Notes under the pieces: generated by a model
Told to the model about the DNA's origin: nothing
What the model saw: the letters and a program-made list of their open reading frames with translations, nothing else
The model's database searches: none
Translations under genes and position numbers: made by a program
Part shown: positions 53,244 to 61,102 of the stretch, one piece after another
Position numbering within the stretch: the first letter of the stretch is position 1
How the letters are laid out: each line of letters opens with the position of its first letter
Source: an uncultured Chloroflexia bacterium
Lineage (GTDB): Bacteria > Chloroflexota > Limnocylindria > Limnocylindrales > CSP1-4
Reading direction: 5' to 3'
Length of the DNA: 64,000 bases
NCBI GenBank assembly: GCA_963748625.1
Contig: CAVVJT010000010.1
Span: 192,001-256,000 of the forward strand

Positions 53244-54014
53244 TTGACGCACGTGATCGCGATCGCCAACCAGAAGGGTGGCGTCGGCAAGACGACGACC
53301 GCCATCAACCTGGCGGGCGCACTCGCCGAGACGGGCCTGCGCGTCCTGCTTGTGGACATGGATCCGCAGGCGAATCTCACGGCGGGCGTCGGCATCAACC
53401 TCAACACGATCCAGCGCTCGATGGCCGATGTGCTCGCGGACGGCCGCTGCACCCTGGAGGAGGCCATCCTTCCCACCGAGACCGCGGGCATCGACGTCGC
53501 GCCCGCCCACATCGACCTGGCCAGTACGGAGGGCGAGCTCTTCACGGCGCTCGGACGCGAGGCGATCCTCCGGGAGGCGATGCGCGACACGATCGACTCG
53601 TACGACTACGTCCTGATCGACTGCCCGCCCAACCTCGGGCTGCTGACGGTGAACGGGCTCGTGTCCGCGGACAGCGTCATCATCCCGGTCCAGACGCAGT
53701 TCTACGCCATGAAGGGCCTGAACAACCTGGTGAAGGTCATCAACGCGATCCGGCTCAAGCTCAATCGCGACCTGCGCGTCCTGGGCCTGCTGCCCACCTT
53801 CTTCGACGGACGCACCAACCTCGCCAAGGACATGCTCGATGAGCTGCGCGTCGTCGGCGACCATCACGTCTTCAGCACGATCATCCGCACATCCGTGAAG
53901 CTCGGCGAGGCTCCCCTCGCCGGTCGACCCATCACCGCCTACGCGAGCGGCTCAGAGGCCGCTCGTACGTATCGCGAGCTCGCCAGGGAGGTGATCGATC
54001 TTGGCCAGGCCTGA
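53244..54014 (+). CDS. parA: ParA/Soj ATPase
   Basis: [10 protein letters not shown] deviant Walker A, DMDPQAN, IDCPP; TTG start after GAGGTG (alternative ATG 53238). Confidence 0.96.
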   Translation: MTHVIAIANQKGGVGKTTTAINLAGALAETGLRVLLVDMDPQANLTAGVGINLNTIQRSMADVLADGRCTLEEAILPTETAGIDVAPAHIDLASTEGELFTALGREAILREAMRDTIDSYDYVLIDCPPNLGLLTVNGLVSADSVIIPVQTQFYAMKGLNNLVKVINAIRLKLNRDLRVLGLLPTFFDGRTNLAKDMLDELRVVGDHHVFSTIIRTSVKLGEAPLAGRPITAYASGSEAARTYRELAREVIDLGQA

Positions 54015-55026
54015 CTTCCGCGCCGCAGCCGCTCGCCGGCTATCGGAGGAGAAGGAGCTACCGCCCGCGATCGTCAGCCTCCTCTCGCCCGACTCGACCC
54101 ACCGCTCCACCGGCGTCAAGGTGATCCCCGTCGAGCGCATCGACTCCAATCCTGAGCAGCCGCGCCTCGCATTCGACGAGGCCACGCTCGAGGAGCTCGC
54201 TTCGAGCATCCGCGAGCATGGAGTACTTCAGCCGATCCTCGTCCGACCCGTCGATGGCGGACGCTACCAGTTGATCGCCGGCGAGCGACGCTGGCGCGCC
54301 AGCAAACTCGCCAGCATGCGAACCATCCCGGCGCTGGTCGAGGACATCGACGACGAGACCGCCATGGAGATCTCGATCATCGAGAACCTCCAGCGCGAGG
54401 ACATCTCCCCTCTCGATGAGGCGGCGATGTACGACCGGATGATCCGCGACCACGGGTACAGCATCCGCAAGCTTGCCGAGAAGCTCGGCAAGGACAAGGG
54501 CTACCTCGAGAACCGCCTGCGGCTGGCCGACGCGCCGCCCGAGGTTCGTGAACTCGTGTCTTTGCGCAAGGACACCCTGTCCCACGCCTACGAGCTCATG
54601 AAGGTCGAGGACCCCAAGAAGCGCCGCCGCCTGGCCGAACAGGTCGGCCGGGGCGAGCTCTCGCTGGTCAAGCTCCGGGAGCGGATCGAGGGCAGACGCA
54701 CCCGGGAGGCCCAGGAGGTCGACGAGCAGATCGAGGCGGCAGCGAAGGCAGATCCGGTCGCCGCCGTCGCGCCCTCACCTGCAGCCGAGGCCGGCTGGAC
54801 GCAGCACACCGCCCCGGCCGATGACGTGAAGGACGACAGCCTCTACGTTGCCAAGCAGCAGCTCAATGAGGCGGTCGAGGAGATGCTCGAGGTGATCCGC
54901 AACCCTGAGCTGCTCTCGACGATCGGGAACGTGGACCGCACGAACCTGGCCAAGTACCTCACGATCGCGAAGCTCCGCCTGGAGAACGCGATCGCCGTGG
55001 TCCGCAGCGGGGATCCAGACCGCTAG
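54001..55026 (+). CDS. parB: ParB/Spo0J CTPase partition protein
   Basis: [31 protein letters not shown]. Confidence 0.96.
   Translation: MARPDFRAAAARRLSEEKELPPAIVSLLSPDSTHRSTGVKVIPVERIDSNPEQPRLAFDEATLEELASSIREHGVLQPILVRPVDGGRYQLIAGERRWRASKLASMRTIPALVEDIDDETAMEISIIENLQREDISPLDEAAMYDRMIRDHGYSIRKLAEKLGKDKGYLENRLRLADAPPEVRELVSLRKDTLSHAYELMKVEDPKKRRRLAEQVGRGELSLVKLRERIEGRRTREAQEVDEQIEAAAKADPVAAVAPSPAAEAGWTQHTAPADDVKDDSLYVAKQQLNEAVEEMLEVIRNPELLSTIGNVDRTNLAKYLTIAKLRLENAIAVVRSGDPDR
54558..54573. promoter_or_regulatory. Palindrome copy 4 (candidate parS, inside parB)
   Basis: GTCTTTGCGCAAGGAC, identical to copy 1. Confidence 0.65.
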
Positions 55027-55053
55027 GGAGCCCCCTCCCCCGCCCTTGCACGA

Positions 55054-55082
55054 CGAAGCCGGCGCCCATCGCGCCGGCTTCG
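55054..55082. terminator. Hairpin between convergent genes
   Basis: CGAAGCCGGCGC-CCATC-GCGCCGGCTTCG perfect 12-bp stem. Confidence 0.7.
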
Positions 55083-55127
55083 CTGCTGCTGTGGGGGCTG
55101 GCCGGGGTCCCGGCCGGACACCCGGTC

Positions 55128-55706
55128 CTATGGGCGGCCGCCCGACCGCTCGGCCTTCTTCGCTGCGGCCTTGGCCTTGGCCGCCTCGGACTTCGCCTTA
55201 CCCTCGGCCTTCTTGGCGGCCGCCTGCTCCTTGCCGGTGGCCTTCGCCTCATCGGGAGTCACGCCGCAGGCTTCCGGGGTGACCGTGGCCGGGTCGAAGG
55301 TCGCGGGATCCTCGATGTCCATCCGGGCGACGCAGGACACGAACTGTCCGTGGTTCTTGAAGCCCTCGGGCGTCTCGGCCTTGGCGGCGGAGGACACGAT
55401 CGCCCCGTGGGTGCCTGCCGGGTCGTCCGCATCCTCGTCGACATCGGGTGCCTCAGGGGCCTCAGGGGCCTCAGGGGCTTCAGAGGCCTCCGGGGCCTCG
55501 GGGGTGGCACCCTCATTGGCATCCTCGTCCCCGTCGTCCTCGGCGGGCGGGGTGGACGGATCGCCCGAGGACTCCTCCTGCGCCGGGGTCGGGGGTGCCG
55601 CGGTCGGCGAGAGGCTCGGGCCGGCCGCGAAGACCGCGCCAGCGGAGATTGCCAGGACGGCAAGTGCGATGCCCAGGCCGCGGAAGCGGCGGAGAAGATC
55701 GGTCAT
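55128..55706 (-). CDS. Secreted low-complexity hypothetical protein
   Basis: Signal peptide ending AVFA, (APE)n repeats, HGAIVS and NHGQFVS motifs, Lys/Ala tail. Confidence 0.8.
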   Translation of the reverse strand: MTDLLRRFRGLGIALAVLAISAGAVFAAGPSLSPTAAPPTPAQEESSGDPSTPPAEDDGDEDANEGATPEAPEASEAPEAPEAPEAPDVDEDADDPAGTHGAIVSSAAKAETPEGFKNHGQFVSCVARMDIEDPATFDPATVTPEACGVTPDEAKATGKEQAAAKKAEGKAKSEAAKAKAAAKKAERSGGRP

Positions 55707-55848
55707 GGGGGTGGGACCTCAGGTTCGTTCGTGGCGTTCATAGAGCATAACGATCGCCCACACGAAGCCGTTAGGGGTACATGGGTCCGGGGCGACCGAC
55801 CCGGCAGGGCTATGCGGGCGCGCACCACCCGCCGTGCGGGTCGACCGG

Positions 55849-56835
55849 TCAGGTGCCGATCGGGGTCCCGGAGGCGGCCCCCAGCGCCCCGAGCCAGGCC
55901 ACCGCCAGCAGTCCCAGGCCCACGGCCTGCACCTCGAACGCGGCCTCCCTCCAGCCCGTGCTATGGCGTGTGGCAGCCCTGGCCGTCAGGACCGCACCAC
56001 CCAGGGTGACGACGCTCGCACCCGCGACCGCCAGGACCCACCCGTCGGGAGCACCCACCGCGAAGGCGGTCCCGACAGCGAGCGCAGCGACCACGAGGTG
56101 CAGGCACACGACCAGCAGCCCGGCACGCCTCGGGCCGAGCGCGACCGCGATGGAGGTGTCATCGGCGTCCTTGTCCCGCTCCATGTCCACCAGTGCGTTG
56201 GAGATCGCCAGGGCGGTGCCGGCATTCGCCGCAGCCGGGATCACCACCAGGAACATGCCCGGCAGCTCCCCGGTTGCGCCGAACCAGCCGTAGACCGGCA
56301 GGAGCGGGATGCCCACCGCGAACGGCAGCCACGACAGCGTCGTCCCCTTGGCCCGCAGGTCGTACCAGACGCCGATCGCCAGCCCGAAGACGGCAAGGGC
56401 CGCGAGGGCCGGGGAGAACGCGAGCGCGATCGCCACGCCGGCTCCCGCCGCCCCGATCACAACAAGCCGCGCTTGCGCGGGGGTCACGATGCCCGCCGGG
56501 ATCGGCTTGCCCGGCTTGCGCCCGGCGTCCTCGGGGGCGTCCACGAGGTCGTTGAGGGCACCGATCGCGAACTGGATGAGCGTCATCGACGCGCCGAGGG
56601 CAAGGGCCACCGGTGCTTGGGCACCGGCCAGGATCGCGACGAACGCGACCACGATGCCATCAAGGACGGACGGGAACGGGTGGACCAGCCGCGCCGCGAT
56701 CTCGAGGGAGGAGTGAGCCGGCGCCTCCGGATCGCCGCGGGCCCCCGCGGGCTCGGGGGCGTCGTCCGGGCCGGGGACGTAGAGGGGATCCGCCGCCCCG
56801 AGCGCCAGACCGCGCGGATCGGGCGGCTCAGACGT
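55849..56835 (-). CDS. UbiA family prenyltransferase
   Basis: RLVHPFPS, NDLVDAPEDA, KPIPAG, NALVDMERD; true start unclear (first canonical start 56652, possible ACG at 56835). Confidence 0.85.
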   Translation of the reverse strand, partial: TSEPPDPRGLALGAADPLYVPGPDDAPEPAGARGDPEAPAHSSLEIAARLVHPFPSVLDGIVVAFVAILAGAQAPVALALGASMTLIQFAIGALNDLVDAPEDAGRKPGKPIPAGIVTPAQARLVVIGAAGAGVAIALAFSPALAALAVFGLAIGVWYDLRAKGTTLSWLPFAVGIPLLPVYGWFGATGELPGMFLVVIPAAANAGTALAISNALVDMERDKDADDTSIAVALGPRRAGLLVVCLHLVVAALAVGTAFAVGAPDGWVLAVAGASVVTLGGAVLTARAATRHSTGWREAAFEVQAVGLGLLAVAWLGALGAASGTPIGT

Positions 56836-57193
56836 AGACGAGCTCGTGGAAGTTGGCCACGAGGTACTCGATCAGCCGGTCGCGGCCGTCGGTGACCTGT
56901 GAGCGGATCCCTGGCACGAGGGCCCAGAGCGCCACCGCAGGCACCATCAGGCGCCCCTGGGCATCACGCCCGACCGTGGCGGGCGGGCCGCCGCCGGAAG
57001 CGAACACGCGTTCGAATTCACGCTCGTTGAGCCTGGCAGCGCGGCAGAAATCCTCGACGACACGGCTCACGCCGCGGCGGATCGCGACGTCGCGCATCAT
57101 CTCGGCCGCCCAGGTGTCGATCTGGGCGTCGGTCTGCTCGGCAAGGCGGGCGCGGTACTCGGTGGCGTCGGCTGAGAGGCCGGTGGCTCCCAC
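56828..57193 (-). CDS. Hypothetical protein
   Basis: AGGAG RBS before GTG; 121 aa with high GC3. Confidence 0.75.
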   Translation of the reverse strand: MGATGLSADATEYRARLAEQTDAQIDTWAAEMMRDVAIRRGVSRVVEDFCRAARLNEREFERVFASGGGPPATVGRDAQGRLMVPAVALWALVPGIRSQVTDGRDRLIEYLVANFHELVYV

Positions 57194-57268
57194 GGGTTCT
57201 CCTGGGTGTGCGGTGTAGTGCCTGCAGGATGCCATACCCGGGGTGCCTCCCGTGGCCTCATCGCCCGC

Positions 57269-58015
57269 TCAGCGCTGGGAGCCGGCCGCATCCCCCTGCC
57301 CGAGCTCCGGTCGGGCGCCCTCAGGCCAGTCGTTGAAGAACTCCGTGAGCCAGCGCCCGAACGGCCCGGGGCGCCCGGGATCGGGGAAGTCGGCGACGAG
57401 GTGCAGCAGGGCGTCCGTCGTCCGGGCCGTGAGCTCATCCACCGACTCGCGGGTAGGCCGTCCAGCAGCGGGGATGGGCTCGCCGATGCGCACCCGGATC
57501 CGACGGCGGAACCCGAGCCAGCTGGTGCCGTTGATCGCGACCGGGACCACGGGAACGCCCCCGCGCAGCGCGAAGTAGGCCGTGCCGTCGGCAAGCGGTG
57601 CGAGCTCCCGCTCGCCGCGGTGGATCCTCCCCTCCCCCATGATCAGCATCGCCCAGCCCGAGTCGAGCACGCGTTCGACGCGCCGGGTGGTCGCAAGCAG
57701 GTCCGTCTTGGCCGGCCGGTACGGGATGCCGAAGCCGGCCCACGTGATCAGGCGGTTGCGGGCGCCCACGGACATGTCGTCCTCCTTGGGGCCGAACATG
57801 GCCAGCTTGGGGCGCGCCGGCATCACCGCGAGGAGCACGAGCGGATCGGTCCAGTTGAGGTGGTTGGCGCAGTAGATGACCGGTCGCTTCGCGAGATGCT
57901 CCTTGCCCTCCACGCGGATGTCGAACAGCACGCCCAGGACAAGCTTGAGGAACGCGCGCATGAGACGGACCCGGTTGGGCCGGTAGACCGGTGCATCGAC
58001 CAGGGGCTGGACCAC
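57269..58015 (-). CDS. Lysophospholipid acyltransferase (PlsC-like)
   Basis: NHLNWTD (HxxxxD), EGR, VPVVPV. Confidence 0.9.
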   Translation of the reverse strand: MVQPLVDAPVYRPNRVRLMRAFLKLVLGVLFDIRVEGKEHLAKRPVIYCANHLNWTDPLVLLAVMPARPKLAMFGPKEDDMSVGARNRLITWAGFGIPYRPAKTDLLATTRRVERVLDSGWAMLIMGEGRIHRGERELAPLADGTAYFALRGGVPVVPVAINGTSWLGFRRRIRVRIGEPIPAAGRPTRESVDELTARTTDALLHLVADFPDPGRPGPFGRWLTEFFNDWPEGARPELGQGDAAGSQR

Positions 58016-58031
58016 GTCGTCGGCCTCCGGC

Positions 58032-58697
58032 TCAGGCGGGCAGCCGGTCCGGGTGGAGATCGGCGAGCCGCGCAAGGACGACGTCGGCGAGGTCGTAGGC
58101 GTTACCAGCGGGGGGCACGCTCGGGTTGGGTACCAGCACGACGGTCATGCCGGCCGCCTTGCCGGCCCGCACACCGTTGAGCGAGTCCTCCACGACAAGA
58201 CACCGGGCCGGGTCAGCGCCGAGCGCGTCCGCGGCACGCAGGTAGACGTCCGGGGCGGGCTTGCCCATGGGGACCTCGTCGCTCGACACGACGGCGCCCA
58301 GGACATCGCCCAGCCTGAGCGCCTCCACGGCGGCGTCGATCACCGCCCTGTGGGAGGACGACGCGATCGCGACTGGGAGCTCGAGCGCCACCCTCCGGAC
58401 CTGGTCCGGGGCGTCGCCGATCACGGGCGGCGCTGACCGCCGGTAGCAGCCGACCACCCCGGCGACGATCTCGTCGAGGATCACCTCCACGGGCACGTCG
58501 GGGAGGTCCAGGCGACGCTGCATGATTGCCGCCCACTCGAGCGAGTTGCCGCCCATGACCGACGCCTGGTCGTCATGGCCCCACGTCCGCCCGTGGCGCG
58601 CGGCGAAGGCGACCCGCACCTCCTGCCACCACGGCTCGGTGTCCACGAGCACGCCGTCCAGGTCGAACAGCACCGCATCGAACTGGCTCAGGCGCAT
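58032..58697 (-). CDS. HAD family phosphatase
   Basis: FDLDGVLVDTE, ASSS, KPAPD, EDS. Confidence 0.93.
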   Translation of the reverse strand: MRLSQFDAVLFDLDGVLVDTEPWWQEVRVAFAARHGRTWGHDDQASVMGGNSLEWAAIMQRRLDLPDVPVEVILDEIVAGVVGCYRRSAPPVIGDAPDQVRRVALELPVAIASSSHRAVIDAAVEALRLGDVLGAVVSSDEVPMGKPAPDVYLRAADALGADPARCLVVEDSLNGVRAGKAAGMTVVLVPNPSVPPAGNAYDLADVVLARLADLHPDRLPA

Positions 58698-58871
58698 GCG
58701 TGGCTCCCGGTTGCCGCGGCCGAGGCTGGCCGCGAATCACTGTGCTCAGGCTAGCGGATACCCACCGCTGCGGGCCGGTGGGCCGGACGATTGCTGACGT
58801 TCGTCCAGTCCGGGGACCGGCGCAGTGACCGATGATTGGGGTGCCCCGGTCTCGCGGGGCAGGAGGTGGCA

Positions 58872-59861
58872 GTGGTGCGCGTCAACCGGGGGCTGTTTGG
58901 CTGGGGCGTCTTCTTCATCGTCGCGGGCCTCGTGCCCCTTGCGGTGCGCAACGGCGCGGTGCCCGCATCGGCCCTCGACGGTGTCTTCGGGCTATGGCCC
59001 CTGATCCTGGTTGGCGTCGGCCTTGGCCTGCTCCTCGCGGACACGAGGGCGGCGATCCTGGGCGGACTCGTGGTGGCGGTCACGTGCGGTCTGATAGCCG
59101 GCTCACTCCTTGCCGGCGCGACCGGCTTCGGCGCGATCACGGGTGCCTGCGGCATCGGCGGGACATCCGACGCGGGCACGCCGTTCCCCAGCCAGTCCGG
59201 CTCCTTCGCCGGGCCGGCGGAGGTGCGCCTCGACGTGCGCTGTGGCTCGGTGGAGGCCGTGACCACCACCGGCGCCGGCTGGTCACTCTCGGGCACGGCC
59301 GGTCCGGGGCTGGAGCCGGAGGTCGAGGCCGATGGCACCGGCCTGCGGGTGAGCGCCCATGACTCCGGGGGAGTCGTGGTCGGCGGCGAGGCAGCCCGGT
59401 GGATGCTCGAACTGCCCGACGCGGTTCCGCTGGCGCTGCGGCTCGACGTGGACGCCGGTGCTGGCGACCTCGCGCTCGATCGGGCGCAGGTCACGAGCCT
59501 GGCTGTGCATGTCAATGCGGGCGATGGCCGCGTGGGCCTGTGGGAGGCTGAAGCGCTGCGATCGCTTGAGGCATCCGTGAACGCAGGTGCCCTGACGCTC
59601 GACCTGCCGGCGGCGCCGTTCCGGGGACGGATATCGGTGAACGCCGGCTCGGCGGAGGTCTGCCTGCCCGCTGGAACCGCCCTCCGGGTCAGTGCCGGCA
59701 ACGTGTCCCTGGGCTCCACGAACCTCGGCTCGCGCGGTCTCGTCGAGCAGGGCTCCACGTGGACAACCACGGGCTTCTCGGAGGCTGCGGTGCAGGTGGA
59801 GCTCGATGTCTCGGTCAACGTGGGCAGCTTCGTCCTGAACCCGGAGACCGGCTGTGGGTGA
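58872..59861 (+). CDS. LiaF-like membrane protein with beta-solenoid (toast-rack/adhesin-like) C-terminus
   Basis: N-terminal TMs with LWPLILV, repeated VNAG motifs. Confidence 0.7.
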   Translation: MVRVNRGLFGWGVFFIVAGLVPLAVRNGAVPASALDGVFGLWPLILVGVGLGLLLADTRAAILGGLVVAVTCGLIAGSLLAGATGFGAITGACGIGGTSDAGTPFPSQSGSFAGPAEVRLDVRCGSVEAVTTTGAGWSLSGTAGPGLEPEVEADGTGLRVSAHDSGGVVVGGEAARWMLELPDAVPLALRLDVDAGAGDLALDRAQVTSLAVHVNAGDGRVGLWEAEALRSLEASVNAGALTLDLPAAPFRGRISVNAGSAEVCLPAGTALRVSAGNVSLGSTNLGSRGLVEQGSTWTTTGFSEAAVQVELDVSVNVGSFVLNPETGCG

Positions 59862-60444
59862 CCGGCTCTACCGCTCCCCCACCGACCGCGTGATCGCCGG
59901 CGTCGCGGGCGGCATCGCCGTCTGGATCAGGATCGACCCGTCCCTCGTCCGGATCGCGTGGGTGCTGGCCGCGATCCTGTCGCTGGGCATCTTCGCGCTG
60001 ATCTACATCGTCATGATGATCGTGGTGCCGCTGCCGCCGGCCGGATGGGTCCCCCCGCAGCCGCAGCGGGCGACGCCTGGCGGCGACCCCGTCCCAGGCT
60101 GGGGGCAAGGGGCGCCCACGGGTGGGTATCCCCAGGCGTCCGGCCCGGGCCATATGGCGCCCGGCGGGACGAGCCCGGGCCAGGGGGCCGGCCCGGGCCC
60201 TGCGGCGCCCGGCGGGACGAGCCCGGGCCCTGCGGCGGGGCCGGCCTGGCCCACCCAGCCCACGGGTGTCACCACGGGCGCCCGGGGCGCCCGCATGGCC
60301 GGGGGCGCGCTGCTGGTCCTGCTCGGCCTCTGGCTGCTGGCGGGCCAGTACCTCAACCTCGACTGGAACATGTTGTGGCCATTGCTCGTCATGGGCACGG
60401 GCGCGGTGCTCATCGTGGCAGCGCTCAGGCGACGCGGCGGCTGA
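59854..60444 (+). CDS. PspC domain protein with C-terminal LiaF-type TM pair
   Basis: LYRSPTDRVIAGVAGG, DPSLVR, YIVMMIVVP; PGGTSPG repeats. Confidence 0.9.
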   Translation: MGDRLYRSPTDRVIAGVAGGIAVWIRIDPSLVRIAWVLAAILSLGIFALIYIVMMIVVPLPPAGWVPPQPQRATPGGDPVPGWGQGAPTGGYPQASGPGHMAPGGTSPGQGAGPGPAAPGGTSPGPAAGPAWPTQPTGVTTGARGARMAGGALLVLLGLWLLAGQYLNLDWNMLWPLLVMGTGAVLIVAALRRRGG

Positions 60445-60497
60445 CACCTGGCGGTGGCGACGGCGCCACCCGATCACCGGCTGAAAGGAAGATCCAC

Positions 60498-60980
60498 ATG
60501 CGTTCTGGCGCGCTCCACTTCGCTCCGCTCGTTCCACTTGCCCTCGTGGCGGTTCTTGCCGGCGCCTGCACGGCACCCGGGGCTCCCTCACCTGCAGCGG
60601 ACACGGCAGCGCCTGCCAGCGCCCCCGCGACCGTCAGCCCTACCCGGCCCACCGAGGCCATGCCCTCCCTCAAGCCGGTCCCGGCCACCAGCGAGCCGGT
60701 CACGGGCGAGGTCCCACCGGCGGTGATGGCGTCCGCGCGCGCCGAGCTGGCCAAGGAGGTCGGCGTGGAGGCCGCGGCGAACGCAACCGTCGTCAAGGCG
60801 GAGGCGGTCGACTGGCCCGACGGATCCCTTGGCTGCCCGCAGCCGGGCATGATGTACCCGCAGGTGATCACACCCGGCTACCAGGTCGTCTTCGAGGTTG
60901 ACGGCAAGCAGTACGACATGCACGCCTCCGCGAGCGGTGGTGCGTTCCTGTGCGAGTCCGGGCGACCGCTCGGGGGCTGA
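60498..60980 (+). CDS. Lipoprotein, hypothetical
   Basis: Lipobox AGAC; WPDGSLGCPQPGMMYPQVITPGY motif. Confidence 0.8.
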   Translation: MRSGALHFAPLVPLALVAVLAGACTAPGAPSPAADTAAPASAPATVSPTRPTEAMPSLKPVPATSEPVTGEVPPAVMASARAELAKEVGVEAAANATVVKAEAVDWPDGSLGCPQPGMMYPQVITPGYQVVFEVDGKQYDMHASASGGAFLCESGRPLGG

Positions 60981-61008
60981 CGGCGGACGCGGGGGCTGAC
61001 GGCGGACG
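60971..61008. repeat. 19-bp tandem duplication spanning a stop codon
   Basis: CGGGGGCTGACGGCGGACG twice. Confidence 0.85.
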
Positions 61009-61049
61009 CGCGCGCACCCGCCAGGTATCGAGAAGGCTGGGACGAATCA

Positions 61050-61081
61050 CGAAGGCCGGGGCCCGAGGGCCCCGGCCTTCG
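61050..61081. terminator. Hairpin between convergent genes
   Basis: CGAAGGCCGGGGCC-CGAG-GGCCCCGGCCTTCG 14-bp stem. Confidence 0.75.
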
Positions 61082-61102
61082 CCGTTCTGGACTGAGCGGA
61101 GC

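Noticed and set aside
53244-55026. parAB as a plasmid or prophage partition cassette
   Set aside because: Soj/Spo0J-like sequences embedded among housekeeping genes, with no rep, phage or conjugation genes nearby
60156-60230. Repeated GGCGCCCGGCGGGACGAGCCCGGGCC in the pspC gene
   Set aside because: In-frame coding repeat (PGGTSPG) in a Pro/Gly linker
60971-61008. 19-bp tandem repeat as att site or CRISPR
   Set aside because: Adjacent duplication only, with no intervening cargo
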